Of a DNA stretch of 64,000 nt, positions 30,507 to 40,212 are shown piece after piece; the first letter of the stretch is position 1; each line of letters opens with the position of its first letter. The notes under the pieces were generated by a model that worked only from the letters and a program-made list of their open reading frames with translations, searched no databases and was not told where the DNA came from. The position numbers and the translations under genes were made by a program. Source of the DNA: an uncultured delta proteobacterium (GTDB lineage Bacteria > Desulfobacterota > Binatia > UBA9968); the NCBI GenBank assembly GCA_963737905.1, contig CAVTUQ010000029.1:32001-96000 (forward strand). Reading direction: 5' to 3'.

Positions 30507-30690
30507 ATGGCCGCTATGCTCTATCGCGCAGATCAAGTGGGCAGCCTTTTGCGTCCGCCGGAGTTACTTGAAGCTCGCGCCGCTAATGCCGCCGCGCGGA
30601 TGACCTTAGAGCAATTGCGAGAGGTCGAGGGACGATCAGCTCCAAAAATTGGAATTGGTGGTCGCCACGGCTGAGAAAGTCTGGGGTTAA
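30507..30690 (+). pseudogene. Internally deleted cobalamin-independent methionine synthase II (YxjH-like) remnant
   Basis: N-terminal YRADQVGSLLRPPELLEAR..LREVE joined directly to C-terminal DDQLQKLELVVATAEKVWG*. Confidence 0.75.
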
Positions 30691-30796
30691 TCGGTAACGC
30701 TACAAAAAACGTGACCGTCCTTTCTCCCGCACCGCCTTGAATCAGTTTCTATTTTAGATGGGCACGAATTTCACCTGGAGGAGTTCACATCAAGCC

Positions 30797-31861
30797 ATGA
30801 AACTAAGAGTCGGTAATGGTTGCTGGCATGCGGGCCACGTGCAAGCTGCGATGAACGCCCTGGAGGCGGGTTTCTTCGCGCAGGAGGGTTTGGACGTCGA
30901 AGTTGTCCACGCCAAGATCAACCCGAAGGGAATGGAGTCCAGCCGTCCTGACGGCGAGCGGTACGACGAAGTCGGCACCGTCGTGCGGGATATGATCGCT
31001 TTCAACATCGACATTATTCCCGACGTCCATGTGCGCACGCCCTTTGCCGAGCGCGCTCTGGGCAACGACGAGGTGCGCATTATCGGCGGCTGGCGCAACT
31101 GGTTTCCCGCCACCCTTGTCACAGCGCCGGGAATTAAATCGATCAAAGACCTCAGGGGGAGGCGCATCGGCGATTGGTACAAAGGCGGTATCGCCACTAT
31201 GTGGATCGAGCATCAGCTACGCAAAGTCGGTTTGAATCCGGACAAGGATGTGGAGTGGAAAGTCGGCTACAAGTACGGTTCGATGCGCGAAGCGTGGAAA
31301 CCCCTCCATGCCGGCGAAACGGATGCTGCGCTGGTGCGAAATCAGTTTGTTCCCGAGCTCTTAGAAAAAGGATTCAACAAGCTCTATGATTTTGTCGAAG
31401 ATAGCAAGCCGCACGGCCGGCCCGACCGCGTGACCGTAGCGCGTAAGTCTTTCATTGACCGCAATCCCGAGTTGATCAAGCGCTACTGGAAGGCGACGAT
31501 CCGCGGCTATCACTTCATGCGCATCGTGCCGGAGAACTATCCTTTTCAGCGCTTCGTGGAAGCCAAGATCCGCGTCAATAATCCTGATCCGTCGGAAAAT
31601 ATGCGTGACCTCCGCCCGATCCGGATTATGGAAAGCTCTTTTTTTCCGCTCGACGGACAGCTTACCGTTGAAGGAATCTGGCGTATCTTGGAAGAGCATC
31701 AGGATGCCGGCGTACTGGCAAAATCGATCACGCGGCGAGACGTGGAAGAAGTGGTGCGTCAGGAGCTGGTCCAAGAAGCCTGGCAAGAAATTTCTCAGAC
31801 GGACGAAGTGAAGCGCAATCTCGAACGGCTCCAGCCCGTGGTGGAGAAGTATGGGTATTAG
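30797..31861 (+). CDS. NMT1/THI5-fold protein without signal peptide
   Basis: AGFFAQEGLDVEVV and IKSIKDLRGRRIG; N-terminus MKLRVGNGCWHAGH; paralogue of 33021. Confidence 0.8.
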   Translation: MKLRVGNGCWHAGHVQAAMNALEAGFFAQEGLDVEVVHAKINPKGMESSRPDGERYDEVGTVVRDMIAFNIDIIPDVHVRTPFAERALGNDEVRIIGGWRNWFPATLVTAPGIKSIKDLRGRRIGDWYKGGIATMWIEHQLRKVGLNPDKDVEWKVGYKYGSMREAWKPLHAGETDAALVRNQFVPELLEKGFNKLYDFVEDSKPHGRPDRVTVARKSFIDRNPELIKRYWKATIRGYHFMRIVPENYPFQRFVEAKIRVNNPDPSENMRDLRPIRIMESSFFPLDGQLTVEGIWRILEEHQDAGVLAKSITRRDVEEVVRQELVQEAWQEISQTDEVKRNLERLQPVVEKYGY

Positions 31862-31924
31862 CGACTCACAGTGCGGTTCGATGTTTGGCCGGGAGGTCAT
31901 GACCAACGAAGCTAGGGAGGCCCG

Positions 31925-32953
31925 ATGATGAAAAAAGTCGTGCCACTCGTAATCTTCACGCTGTGGCACTTAAACCTCCTCGCCCAGGAGCCATTTTACC
32001 AGGGGAAAACCGTCAGGGTCGTAGTGGGCAGCAGCGCGGGCAACACTCAGGATCAAATGAGCCGTCTGATCGCCCGACACTTATCGAAGTACATTCCGGG
32101 AAATCCGAATGTGATCGTCGAGAATCGGGCTGGCGCCAGCTCGATGATCTTGGCCAACTACCTTTTCAAGGTCGCTAAGGACGATGGTTTGACCATCGGA
32201 GTGGTCTCGCGAGCGCTCTATTTCGATCAGCTCGTGGGTCGCAAGGAGGTGCAGTTCGATTGGGCGAAGTTTGCCTGGATCGGCAGCCCGGTTGAAGGGC
32301 ATGAAGTGCTTTTTGTTGCGGGTAAGGCACCCTACAGGAGCATCCGCGATGTGGTGAGCTCCGGTGAATCGGTTAAATGCGGTGCTTCGGGGACGACATC
32401 GACGGGCTATTACATTCCAAAGCTCATGAATGAAATTTTCAGCACGAAATTTCATATCGTAACCGGGTATGGCGGTGGCGCGGAACTGGACCTTGCCGTG
32501 CAGCGAGGCGAGACCCAATGCCGCGCCACCAGCGTCTCAGGTTTTACCGGCTTTGGCGCGTTCAAGGATTGGCGTCAAACCGGCTCCGCGCGCGTTCTGG
32601 TGCAAACCGGGCGAAAAAGAGATCCTAAGTTGTCCGATGTTCCCACGGTTTTCGAACTCATGGATGAATTCAAGACTCCGGAGTGGGGCCGTCGTTTAGC
32701 GGCGGTGTTGCTTAGCCCAGGGGAGTTTGGTTGGCCAATGGTTGGACCGCCGGGTATTTCCGCAGACCGGGTCAAGGTCCTGCGCGGCGCGTTCCAAAAA
32801 GCGGTTGCCGACCCTGAGCTGATCGCGGAGGCCAAGAAAAGACAGTTGGAGCTCAGCCCCTCTAGCGGTGAAGAGCTAGAGGTCGTGGCGAAGGAAGTGA
32901 TCGCTCAACCCCCTGATGTTATCGAACGAATGAAAAAGCTGCTTGAGAACTAA
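31925..32953 (+). CDS. Tripartite tricarboxylate transporter substrate-binding protein (TctC/Bug-like)
   Basis: FYQGKTVRVVVG, HLSKYIPGNPNVIVEN, GYGGGAELDLAVQRGE and RDPKLSDVPT. Confidence 0.88.
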   Translation: MMKKVVPLVIFTLWHLNLLAQEPFYQGKTVRVVVGSSAGNTQDQMSRLIARHLSKYIPGNPNVIVENRAGASSMILANYLFKVAKDDGLTIGVVSRALYFDQLVGRKEVQFDWAKFAWIGSPVEGHEVLFVAGKAPYRSIRDVVSSGESVKCGASGTTSTGYYIPKLMNEIFSTKFHIVTGYGGGAELDLAVQRGETQCRATSVSGFTGFGAFKDWRQTGSARVLVQTGRKRDPKLSDVPTVFELMDEFKTPEWGRRLAAVLLSPGEFGWPMVGPPGISADRVKVLRGAFQKAVADPELIAEAKKRQLELSPSSGEELEVVAKEVIAQPPDVIERMKKLLEN

Positions 32954-33020
32954 TCCCGGATGAAGTTGAGCAGCGGGAGTAAGTAATGGGATATGGCGAT
33001 CAATTGAAAGGAGGGCGGGG

Positions 33021-34082
33021 TTGAAACTACGAATCGGCAATGCGTGCTGGCATGCTTTTCATGTTCAACATGCCGCATTGGCTCTCGAAGCCGGTTTTTT
33101 CTCTCAAGAAGGATTGGATGCGGAGATCGTGCACGCCAAAATTAATTCCAAGGCGATTGAGTCGAGCCGGCCGGGTGGCGAGCGCTACGACGAGGTCGGC
33201 ACCGTGGTGCGCGACATGGTCGCCTTTGGCATCGACATCATTCCCGATGTCCACGTGCGCACGCCGTTTGCCGAGCGCGCGTTGGGCAACGACGAAGTGC
33301 GGATCATTGGGGGCTGGCGGAGCCAGTTTCGCGGCACCTTGGTAGCGGCGCCTGGAATCAAGTCGATGGGAGAACTGCGCGGCAAGCGGATCGGGGACTG
33401 GTACAAAGGTGGCATAGCCACGATGTGGTATGAGCAGCAGCTTCGTAACGTCGGGATCGATCCGGACCGAGAAATCGACTGGAAGATCGGTTACAGGTAT
33501 GGATCCCTTCGAGAAGCATGGAAGCCTTTGTTAGCGGGAGAGACGGATGCGGCCATTGTGCAGAATCCGTTTGTGTCCCAGTTGTTGGAGCGCGGGTTTA
33601 ACAAGCTCTATGATTTTGTCGAAGACAACAAACCTCACGGGCGGCCAGACCGAGTGACGGTGGCGCGCAAATCATTCATCGAGCGCAATCCGGAGTTGAT
33701 CAAGCGCTATTGGAAGGCCTCGATTCGCGCCTATCAGTTTATGCGCATCAAAGAAAACTACCCGTTCTTTCGCTTTGTCGAGGCCAAGCTGCGGGTCAAC
33801 AACCCCGACGAAGCCGAGCGCGCGCGCGACCTCTTTCCGATGATGCTCATGGATGACCATTTCTTTCCGCTGGATGGCCAGGTCAGCGCTGAAGGGATAC
33901 GGCGCATCTTGGAAGAACATAAAGCCGGAGGCGCGCTTTCCCGATCGATCGGTGGCGCGGATATCGAAGAGGTACTGCGGAAAGAGCTCGTGGAGGAAGC
34001 CTGGCACGAGGTCTCCCAGACCGAAGAAGTGAAACGCAATCTCGAGCACCTCCAACCCGTGATTGCTCGGGTAGGGTTCTAG
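33021..34082 (+). CDS. NMT1/THI5-fold protein without signal peptide (paralogue of 30797)
   Basis: TTG start after GGAGG; MKLRIGNACWHAFHVQH; long stretches identical to 30797. Confidence 0.8.
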   Translation: MKLRIGNACWHAFHVQHAALALEAGFFSQEGLDAEIVHAKINSKAIESSRPGGERYDEVGTVVRDMVAFGIDIIPDVHVRTPFAERALGNDEVRIIGGWRSQFRGTLVAAPGIKSMGELRGKRIGDWYKGGIATMWYEQQLRNVGIDPDREIDWKIGYRYGSLREAWKPLLAGETDAAIVQNPFVSQLLERGFNKLYDFVEDNKPHGRPDRVTVARKSFIERNPELIKRYWKASIRAYQFMRIKENYPFFRFVEAKLRVNNPDEAERARDLFPMMLMDDHFFPLDGQVSAEGIRRILEEHKAGGALSRSIGGADIEEVLRKELVEEAWHEVSQTEEVKRNLEHLQPVIARVGF

Positions 34083-34220
34083 AAGATTGTTTGACACGAA
34101 TTGTCGAGCGAGGATAGTCTCGCTTGTGCGTGGAGCGTTAGGATAGCCAATCCGCACTATTCATATTGTTGACCGAGTAAGCATCGTAGCGAGCAGAAAC
34201 AGGCGGTGGTGGGCGATCCC

Positions 34221-35258
34221 ATGGCAGAGAAAACCCGAATGTATATCGGCACGGATTCCGGGCTGACCGTGTTGACGAAGGTCGGCGACGTTTGGCGGCA
34301 CCGTCAAAAGGCTCTCAGCGGAAAATTCGTGAGAGCCATGACCAGCGTGGCCGGCACCAATAGCGTTTACGCGTGCGTTACCGGCGAGGGGGTTTTCGCG
34401 TCGAGAAACGGCGGCAATAGCTGGGAATTAGTATTTCCGGGAAACGTTCATTCGGTTACCGTAGACCCCAATGACTCGCAGGTTGTCTATGCGGGCACGG
34501 AGCCGGTGAGTCTTTTTCGTTCAAAAAACAGCGGTAGGAGCTGGTGTGAATTACCCGGACTTAAAAATCAGCCGGAAGCAGTGACTGACAAATGGTGGTT
34601 TCCCCGCCCACCCCACGAAGGACACGTGTTGTCCATCTACGTCGATTGGCATGATCCACGGATACTCTGCGTCGGGCTGGAGCATGGCGGAATACTCAGG
34701 TCGGTTGACGGCGGCGAAAATTGGGAGGATCTATCCACGGGAATCGAATATCTAGACATTCACACGGTTAAAGGCGACCCCAATCACGCGACTCTCTACT
34801 ATACCGCCACCGCGCGCGGTTTTTACCGCAGCGATCAATATGGGCGCAATTGGATTTTCTCAGAGGCGGGAATCGATCGGAGCTACTTTCACGATTTGGT
34901 GGTGATCCCGGGAGAACCTCCGACGTTGCTGTTGACGACAGCTAATGGCACGCCGCCGGCGTGGATGAGGCAAGAAAAAGCCCAGTCCGCGATTTTTCGG
35001 AGCTGCGACAGCGGGCAAAGCTGGCACCAGCTCGCCGGCGGGCTGCCCCAAAGCATGGAGCGCATGGTTTGGAACCTGAGCGTCGATCCAAACGATCCCG
35101 ATCACCTTTACGCTGGCACCGGCGAAGCCCAAGACCAACGGATCGAGTCCGCCACCACTCACGGCGCCGTGTGGGTCAGCATCAATCGTGGAGATACATG
35201 GCGGCAGATCTACGAAGGACCCAACACGGTGCGCTCGGTGTGTGTGGGGCTTCCGTAA
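34221..35258 (+). CDS. BNR/Asp-box beta-propeller protein
   Basis: Repeated SxxGGxxW boxes and VYAGTEP. Confidence 0.85.
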   Translation: MAEKTRMYIGTDSGLTVLTKVGDVWRHRQKALSGKFVRAMTSVAGTNSVYACVTGEGVFASRNGGNSWELVFPGNVHSVTVDPNDSQVVYAGTEPVSLFRSKNSGRSWCELPGLKNQPEAVTDKWWFPRPPHEGHVLSIYVDWHDPRILCVGLEHGGILRSVDGGENWEDLSTGIEYLDIHTVKGDPNHATLYYTATARGFYRSDQYGRNWIFSEAGIDRSYFHDLVVIPGEPPTLLLTTANGTPPAWMRQEKAQSAIFRSCDSGQSWHQLAGGLPQSMERMVWNLSVDPNDPDHLYAGTGEAQDQRIESATTHGAVWVSINRGDTWRQIYEGPNTVRSVCVGLP

Positions 35259-35327
35259 ATAGCGGCCGGCTGTCCGTCACAAGCCGGCGCCGCGAAGACC
35301 AAACACGGGATTTTGGGAGATCTGATC

Positions 35328-36185
35328 GTGAGCCTTGAGGCAACTTCGGAAAAACCATGGGCGCCGCCGCCGGACGAAGAACTCAGCTGGTTTCGCGCCG
35401 ACCAAAAATTATTCGCTACGCCGCGACCCCTCGACTGCACATTGGAAATCCATGCTCTGGTGTTCGGCTTGACTTACGCTTTGGAGAGCAATGAGTTTCC
35501 CCTTCACGCCCTGCGCTCGCGTCTGCTCCATGGGCGTATTTACCTTGCTGCGGTGCCGTCCGCGATGGCGGAGAGGGATCTAGGGCAGCGGCTGAAAAAT
35601 ATTCACGATCAGAGCATTCGTTTTACGAGGAATATCCAACGCGCCTGGGAGCAGCAAATTAAACCCGCGGTTAAAAAGCATAACCAATGGTTTGAAGAGA
35701 TCGCGAACTTTGCCGGCTCGTCGTCAGAACTGGCTTGGCAAGTCCGCAAGCTCAGGCGCGAGCGTGGCAACCAGTGGTTTACTATGATTCGCGGAATCGT
35801 GGCCCCGGCGGCGCTCTTGCAAGCCAACGTTCACGAATTCGGGCCGGAGGTCGCCGGGCTCGCCGTCAGCCTCACACGCCAGGGGCTCGAGCGGGTCGCG
35901 GATCGCGGACGGGCGCTCGCTACATGGGCGCTCACGCGCGTGGGCGAGCGATTGGTTGAAGCCAACGTCATCGACAAAGCCGACGACGTTTTCTGGCTTG
36001 AGTGGCAAGAAGTCCGCGAGCTTTTGCAGACCGGCCAAGATCGCCGTGTTCTTCTAGCGGGGCGGAAGGCGGAGGCAGCGCGCCTAAGTCAATTGGAAGC
36101 GCCGGAAACCCTCGGCCCAAAGTTACCGCCGGATGCGCCGCGAATGTATCTCATTCACGAAATACTGGAGCTCCTTGACTTGTAA
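35328..36185 (+). CDS. Hypothetical protein resembling the central region of PEP-utilising/rifampin phosphotransferase-like enzymes
   Basis: VGERLVEANVIDKADDVFWLEWQEVRELL and APETLG resemble that region; no His-swivel or ATP-grasp domain seen. Confidence 0.55.
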   Translation: MSLEATSEKPWAPPPDEELSWFRADQKLFATPRPLDCTLEIHALVFGLTYALESNEFPLHALRSRLLHGRIYLAAVPSAMAERDLGQRLKNIHDQSIRFTRNIQRAWEQQIKPAVKKHNQWFEEIANFAGSSSELAWQVRKLRRERGNQWFTMIRGIVAPAALLQANVHEFGPEVAGLAVSLTRQGLERVADRGRALATWALTRVGERLVEANVIDKADDVFWLEWQEVRELLQTGQDRRVLLAGRKAEAARLSQLEAPETLGPKLPPDAPRMYLIHEILELLDL

Positions 36186-36225
36186 ACACGCGGCGTCTGC
36201 GATTGACAGCGGACAGAGAAATTTC

Positions 36226-36774
36226 ATGAAACGACCGTGTCGCTGCCTTTGCTGGGTTGCGTTCCTTTTGTTCCTGACGATTGTTTCACCGTTGTCGGCC
36301 AATCCTCGACCCGGATGTTGGCTATGGAAACAAAATCCGTGGAAGCCACGATTTTTCCTCCTCCTTGGAACTTTCGACTCAGACAAGAAAGGATTTAAGG
36401 AATTGGCATTCGCCGGCGAGCATGTCACCGAGCCCTTTGTTGGCATTGCAACCAGCGTCGAAAAAATCCAAAGCAACCCAACCCAGGTCAAAAAAATGTT
36501 GCGCGTCTTTCTACATCGTATGAAAGCGATAACAGAGCGAAAAGAAGCGGCAGGATTTATCGCCCGTAGCTATAGGTTGGAACCGGAAATCGCCGCGGAG
36601 ATGTACGAAACGACCTTTCGAACCTTGACGAAAGACGGCACGTTGGACCAGGGAGTCTTGCGGGATTTCGTGAAGGTCGTCAAAGAAGAGGTCGGGGTCA
36701 CCAAGAACGTGGCGGTGGCGGAGGTCGCGGATTTCAGTCTCTTGAGCGAAGCGTTGAAGGAGACGGGAAACTGA
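36226..36774 (+). pseudogene. Internally deleted NMT1-like SBP
   Basis: Signal-like N-terminus plus C-terminal half (KGFKELAF..GIATS..NPTQVKKMLR..VADFSLL); middle missing. Confidence 0.65.
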
Positions 36775-36880
36775 CGCGCTCCTGGCTGCAAGGCCACCAT
36801 TCAAGAAACCATGGGTCGCTTACATAGACGTTTGCTAAGTCCCGCTAGTGGAACGAAGCGTCAAAGAAGTGGAACGGAGA

Positions 36881-37888
36881 ATGTCGAGAAGATTTTGCGG
36901 CGATAAGACAAAGAGACTGGCCGCGCTCTTTCTATGGTTCATTATTTTCCCTGCTCGGCTTCCGGCAGAACCGATCCGTACGGTGGTGCCACAATCGAGC
37001 CTCAACTATCTTTCCGTCTATGTTGCAGAGAGCAAAGGATTCTTTAATCAGGAAGGTCTCGAAAACGAAACCCTCGTGCTGGCGGGACCCGTAGCGGCGG
37101 CCGCTCTAATTAGCGGCAGTGTCGATTTCGGTGGTGGCGGCGGGAGCGCGATGCGTGCTGCGGCGGGCAGCGGAGCGCCGTTGAAGGCGATTTTCTTCCA
37201 GACCGACACGGTCACGTTTTATCTGGTCACGGACACGAGCATCGTCAAACCGGCCGATCTCAAGGGGAAGAAAATCGGCGTCGGAGGCATTGGCTCCAGC
37301 CAGGATCGCATCATCCTTAAATACATCGAACAAGCCGGATTATCATCAAGCGATATTACGCGCATTGCCATGGGCGCTGATGCTGGACGGCGCATTCTTG
37401 CGATCAAGACAGGATCGATTCACGCCACACTGCTTGACCCCGGCACGCTCAGCTTCGCGGAGCAAGAAGGGCTCAATGTTCTGGCTTTCATGGGCGACTT
37501 GTTTCCGTTTCCTTTTCAAGTTTTTGCAACCACGGACAAAAAACTAAAAGAGAACCCGGAACAGGTGAAGCGGTGGCTCAAGGCGATGGCCAATGCGTTG
37601 ATGTTTATCCGTGATCGACCGGAAGAAGCAGCGGAAGTCGGGATCAAACGACTTCGGGTCGGCGCTATCACCAAAGCCGCCATGCTCGGCGGCATCAAAC
37701 GCTACACCCGGGCCGTGGCATCGGGCGTGCCAGGGCTGCCGTCCAGCGAAGGGATTAAGAACGTGATCGAATACGAGGTCAAACTTCCTCTGAAGATTGA
37801 TCGGGAAATAGCGCCAGAGAGCCTCATGAATCTCAAGCTCATCGCTGAGGTAAAGGCAGAACTGGAAAGCAAGAGAACGCCACGATGA
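36881..37888 (+). CDS. NMT1/SsuA-like SBP
   Basis: VAESKGFFNQEGLE and PADLKGKKIGV; signal peptide. Confidence 0.88.
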   Translation: MSRRFCGDKTKRLAALFLWFIIFPARLPAEPIRTVVPQSSLNYLSVYVAESKGFFNQEGLENETLVLAGPVAAAALISGSVDFGGGGGSAMRAAAGSGAPLKAIFFQTDTVTFYLVTDTSIVKPADLKGKKIGVGGIGSSQDRIILKYIEQAGLSSSDITRIAMGADAGRRILAIKTGSIHATLLDPGTLSFAEQEGLNVLAFMGDLFPFPFQVFATTDKKLKENPEQVKRWLKAMANALMFIRDRPEEAAEVGIKRLRVGAITKAAMLGGIKRYTRAVASGVPGLPSSEGIKNVIEYEVKLPLKIDREIAPESLMNLKLIAEVKAELESKRTPR

Positions 37889-37903
37889 GGAGAAGAGAAC
37901 GTC

Positions 37904-38884
37904 ATGATTTCAAAGATCGCTCCGCCGCAAATCCGTGCCATCACCGGGCTAGAGCTTGCCGCGGGTGTGTTCACCAAGTGTTCGGATGAACTGGCGAGCC
38001 AGCTCACGGTCTCGCTGAGTTCAGGCAACCGAGAATCCGGGCAAACCCCGTTGCGCATCGGCATTAACGGCGATGTCTATGGCGGCATGAGAGCGCCGGT
38101 GGAGGTCGGCACGAGACGCGTGGATATCGCTTATGTCAATCCGTCCGCGATGGTGACTATGGCTTACCGGGGGAAAGGTTACTACAAACAGAAAATGGCG
38201 CTGCGGGTCCTGGGTTCGTTTCCGTCCTGGGATCGAATCGCCATCGTTGTCTCCAAGGATCTCGGAGTTAAATCGTTGCACGACATCCGGCGGCGAAAGA
38301 TACCATTGGATGTATCCACGAGGTTCTCGGGCGTGGACAACGCGACCTATTACACGATCTCGACGATTCTTTCATTCTACGGGCTCTCTTTCGAGAAGAT
38401 CAAGCGTTGGGGCGGACAAGTGCAGGAATGCCCGCGACCGTTCGCTCCGGAGCGCCTTAGGGGCATTGCGAAACGTTCTATCAATGCGGTGTTCGATGAA
38501 GGGGTGAGCACGGTCGGGGGCTGGTTGGATCAAGCGCTCGAAAGCGGCTACGAGATTCTTTCGCTGGAACCGGAGATCGTGAAGAAGTTAGAGGAGATGG
38601 GCTATAGCAAAGCTCTGCTGCCAAAGAAGCGCTACCGGCAATTGAGAGAGGACGCTTTGACCATCGACTTTAGCGGCTGGTCTTTGGTGACTCATCGATG
38701 GCTGCCAAACCGTGTGGCCTATGCGGCGGTGGAAACTATCGACGAGAGGAAAAAAATGATTCCGGTGGATGATGACAAGCCGCTCGATATGAGAAATCTA
38801 TGTCGCAGCACGGAAAAATGCTCGTTGCAGATTCCGCTGCATCCGGGCGCGCTCAACTATTACAGGAAAAAAGGGTATCTGTAA
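37904..38884 (+). CDS. TAXI-family TRAP solute-binding-like protein, no signal peptide
   Basis: LRVLGSFP, GVKSLHDI and C-terminal IPLHPGALNYYRKKGYL typical of TAXI. Confidence 0.75.
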   Translation: MISKIAPPQIRAITGLELAAGVFTKCSDELASQLTVSLSSGNRESGQTPLRIGINGDVYGGMRAPVEVGTRRVDIAYVNPSAMVTMAYRGKGYYKQKMALRVLGSFPSWDRIAIVVSKDLGVKSLHDIRRRKIPLDVSTRFSGVDNATYYTISTILSFYGLSFEKIKRWGGQVQECPRPFAPERLRGIAKRSINAVFDEGVSTVGGWLDQALESGYEILSLEPEIVKKLEEMGYSKALLPKKRYRQLREDALTIDFSGWSLVTHRWLPNRVAYAAVETIDERKKMIPVDDDKPLDMRNLCRSTEKCSLQIPLHPGALNYYRKKGYL

Positions 38885-38921
38885 GTTTCGATGAGCGGAG
38901 TGAGAGAAAAAGTCACGCGGC

Positions 38922-39977
38922 TCAGATCAAACGCACCCAGGGTTTCTGAAGCGAGGTCGCATAGCCGACTTCGGTGGCGTCCTTGACGCCAGCGGCGTGA
39001 AGTTCTTCGACGAGTTTGGCGGCTTGCTTTTTTCCAATGGCAATCAGGAGACCGCCTGAGGTTTGGGGGTCGATGGCGACTTCGACCAGGCCTTCGCGGA
39101 TGGATTTCTCAATGGTGATCTTGTCTTGCAGATATTCGCGGTTTCTCTTGCAACCGCCCGTGATGTAGCCCTTTTCGGCCAGGCGGGCAGCCCGGTGGAG
39201 CAAAGGCAGCTTCGCCGATTCTATCACCAGGGTGACGCTGCTGCCGCTCGCCATCCCGAGTGCGTGTCCCAGGATGCCAAAACCGGTCACGTCTGAGCAC
39301 GCGTGCACAGGAAATTTCCGTGCGACTTTAGAAGCGGCCGCATTGAGTGTAATCATCGACTGCACCGCAGCGTCGACACTTTCCCTAGCAGCTTTTCCCT
39401 TTTTGAGCGCAGTGCTGATGATGCCGGTGCCGAGAGGCTTGGTTAAGATTAAGACATCGCTTTCCTGCACGCCCACATTGCGAAAGATCTTGTCGGGATG
39501 GATGACTCCCGTGACGGCCATGCCATACTTGATTTCTTCGTCGATGATGCTGTGCCCGCCGATGATCACAGCGCCGCTTTCTTTTACTTTGTCGGCACCC
39601 CCTCGCAGAATCTCCCCGAGGATCTCGATGTCCATTTTGCCCTTGGGAAAGCAGACAATGTTCATTGCCGTTTTGGGCTCCCCGCCCATGGCATAGACAT
39701 CGCTCAGGGAATTGGCGGCGGCGATTTGGCCAAAAACATAAGGGTCATCGACAATGGGAGTGAAAAAATCGACGGTGTTGACGATGGCGAGGTCGGGACC
39801 CAGACGATACACCCCCGCGTCGTCGGAGGTTTCAGTTCCGACCAGCATATTGGGGTTATCGAACTTAGGCAGGCCGTGCAAAACTTGCACGAGGTCGGCG
39901 GGGCCGAGCTTGGCGGCTCAACCCGCGGCCTTGACCTCTTGCGTCAGCCGGACTGCTTTGTTTTTCCCGAGCTTCAT
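38922..39977 (-). CDS. selD: Selenide, water dikinase (selenophosphate synthetase), Sec-containing
   Basis: ATG at 39977 gives RLTQEVKAAG-TGA(39918-39920)-AAKLGP; DDAGVY, TVDFFTP, DVTGFGILGH and DPQTSGGLL. Confidence 0.96.
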
Positions 39978-40079
39978 AGGATTTGACTCTAATTCTATCG
40001 TAACCTGAATTCAATGCGGGGGTGCTATCCTTTATTCACAGAAGAGTGACCGAGAAAGTGTCTCTGGACCTGTACCTTC

Positions 40080-40157
40080 GTTCAAGGTTCAACGTTCAAA
40101 GTTCAATGTGGACGAGACCGCCTGTCTCCTTGAACCTTGAACCTGGAACTTTGAACT
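40080..40157. repeat. Inverted heptamer tandem-repeat element (GTTCAAN)4 / (TTGAACN)4
   Basis: gttcaaggttcaacgttcaaagttcaa ... ttgaaccttgaacctggaactttgaac, between selB and selD. Confidence 0.85.
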
Positions 40158-40212
40158 TCCGTGCCCGCTCACTCCGATGCTCACTTCTTGGTCTCGGTCC
40201 GTGAAATCCGGG

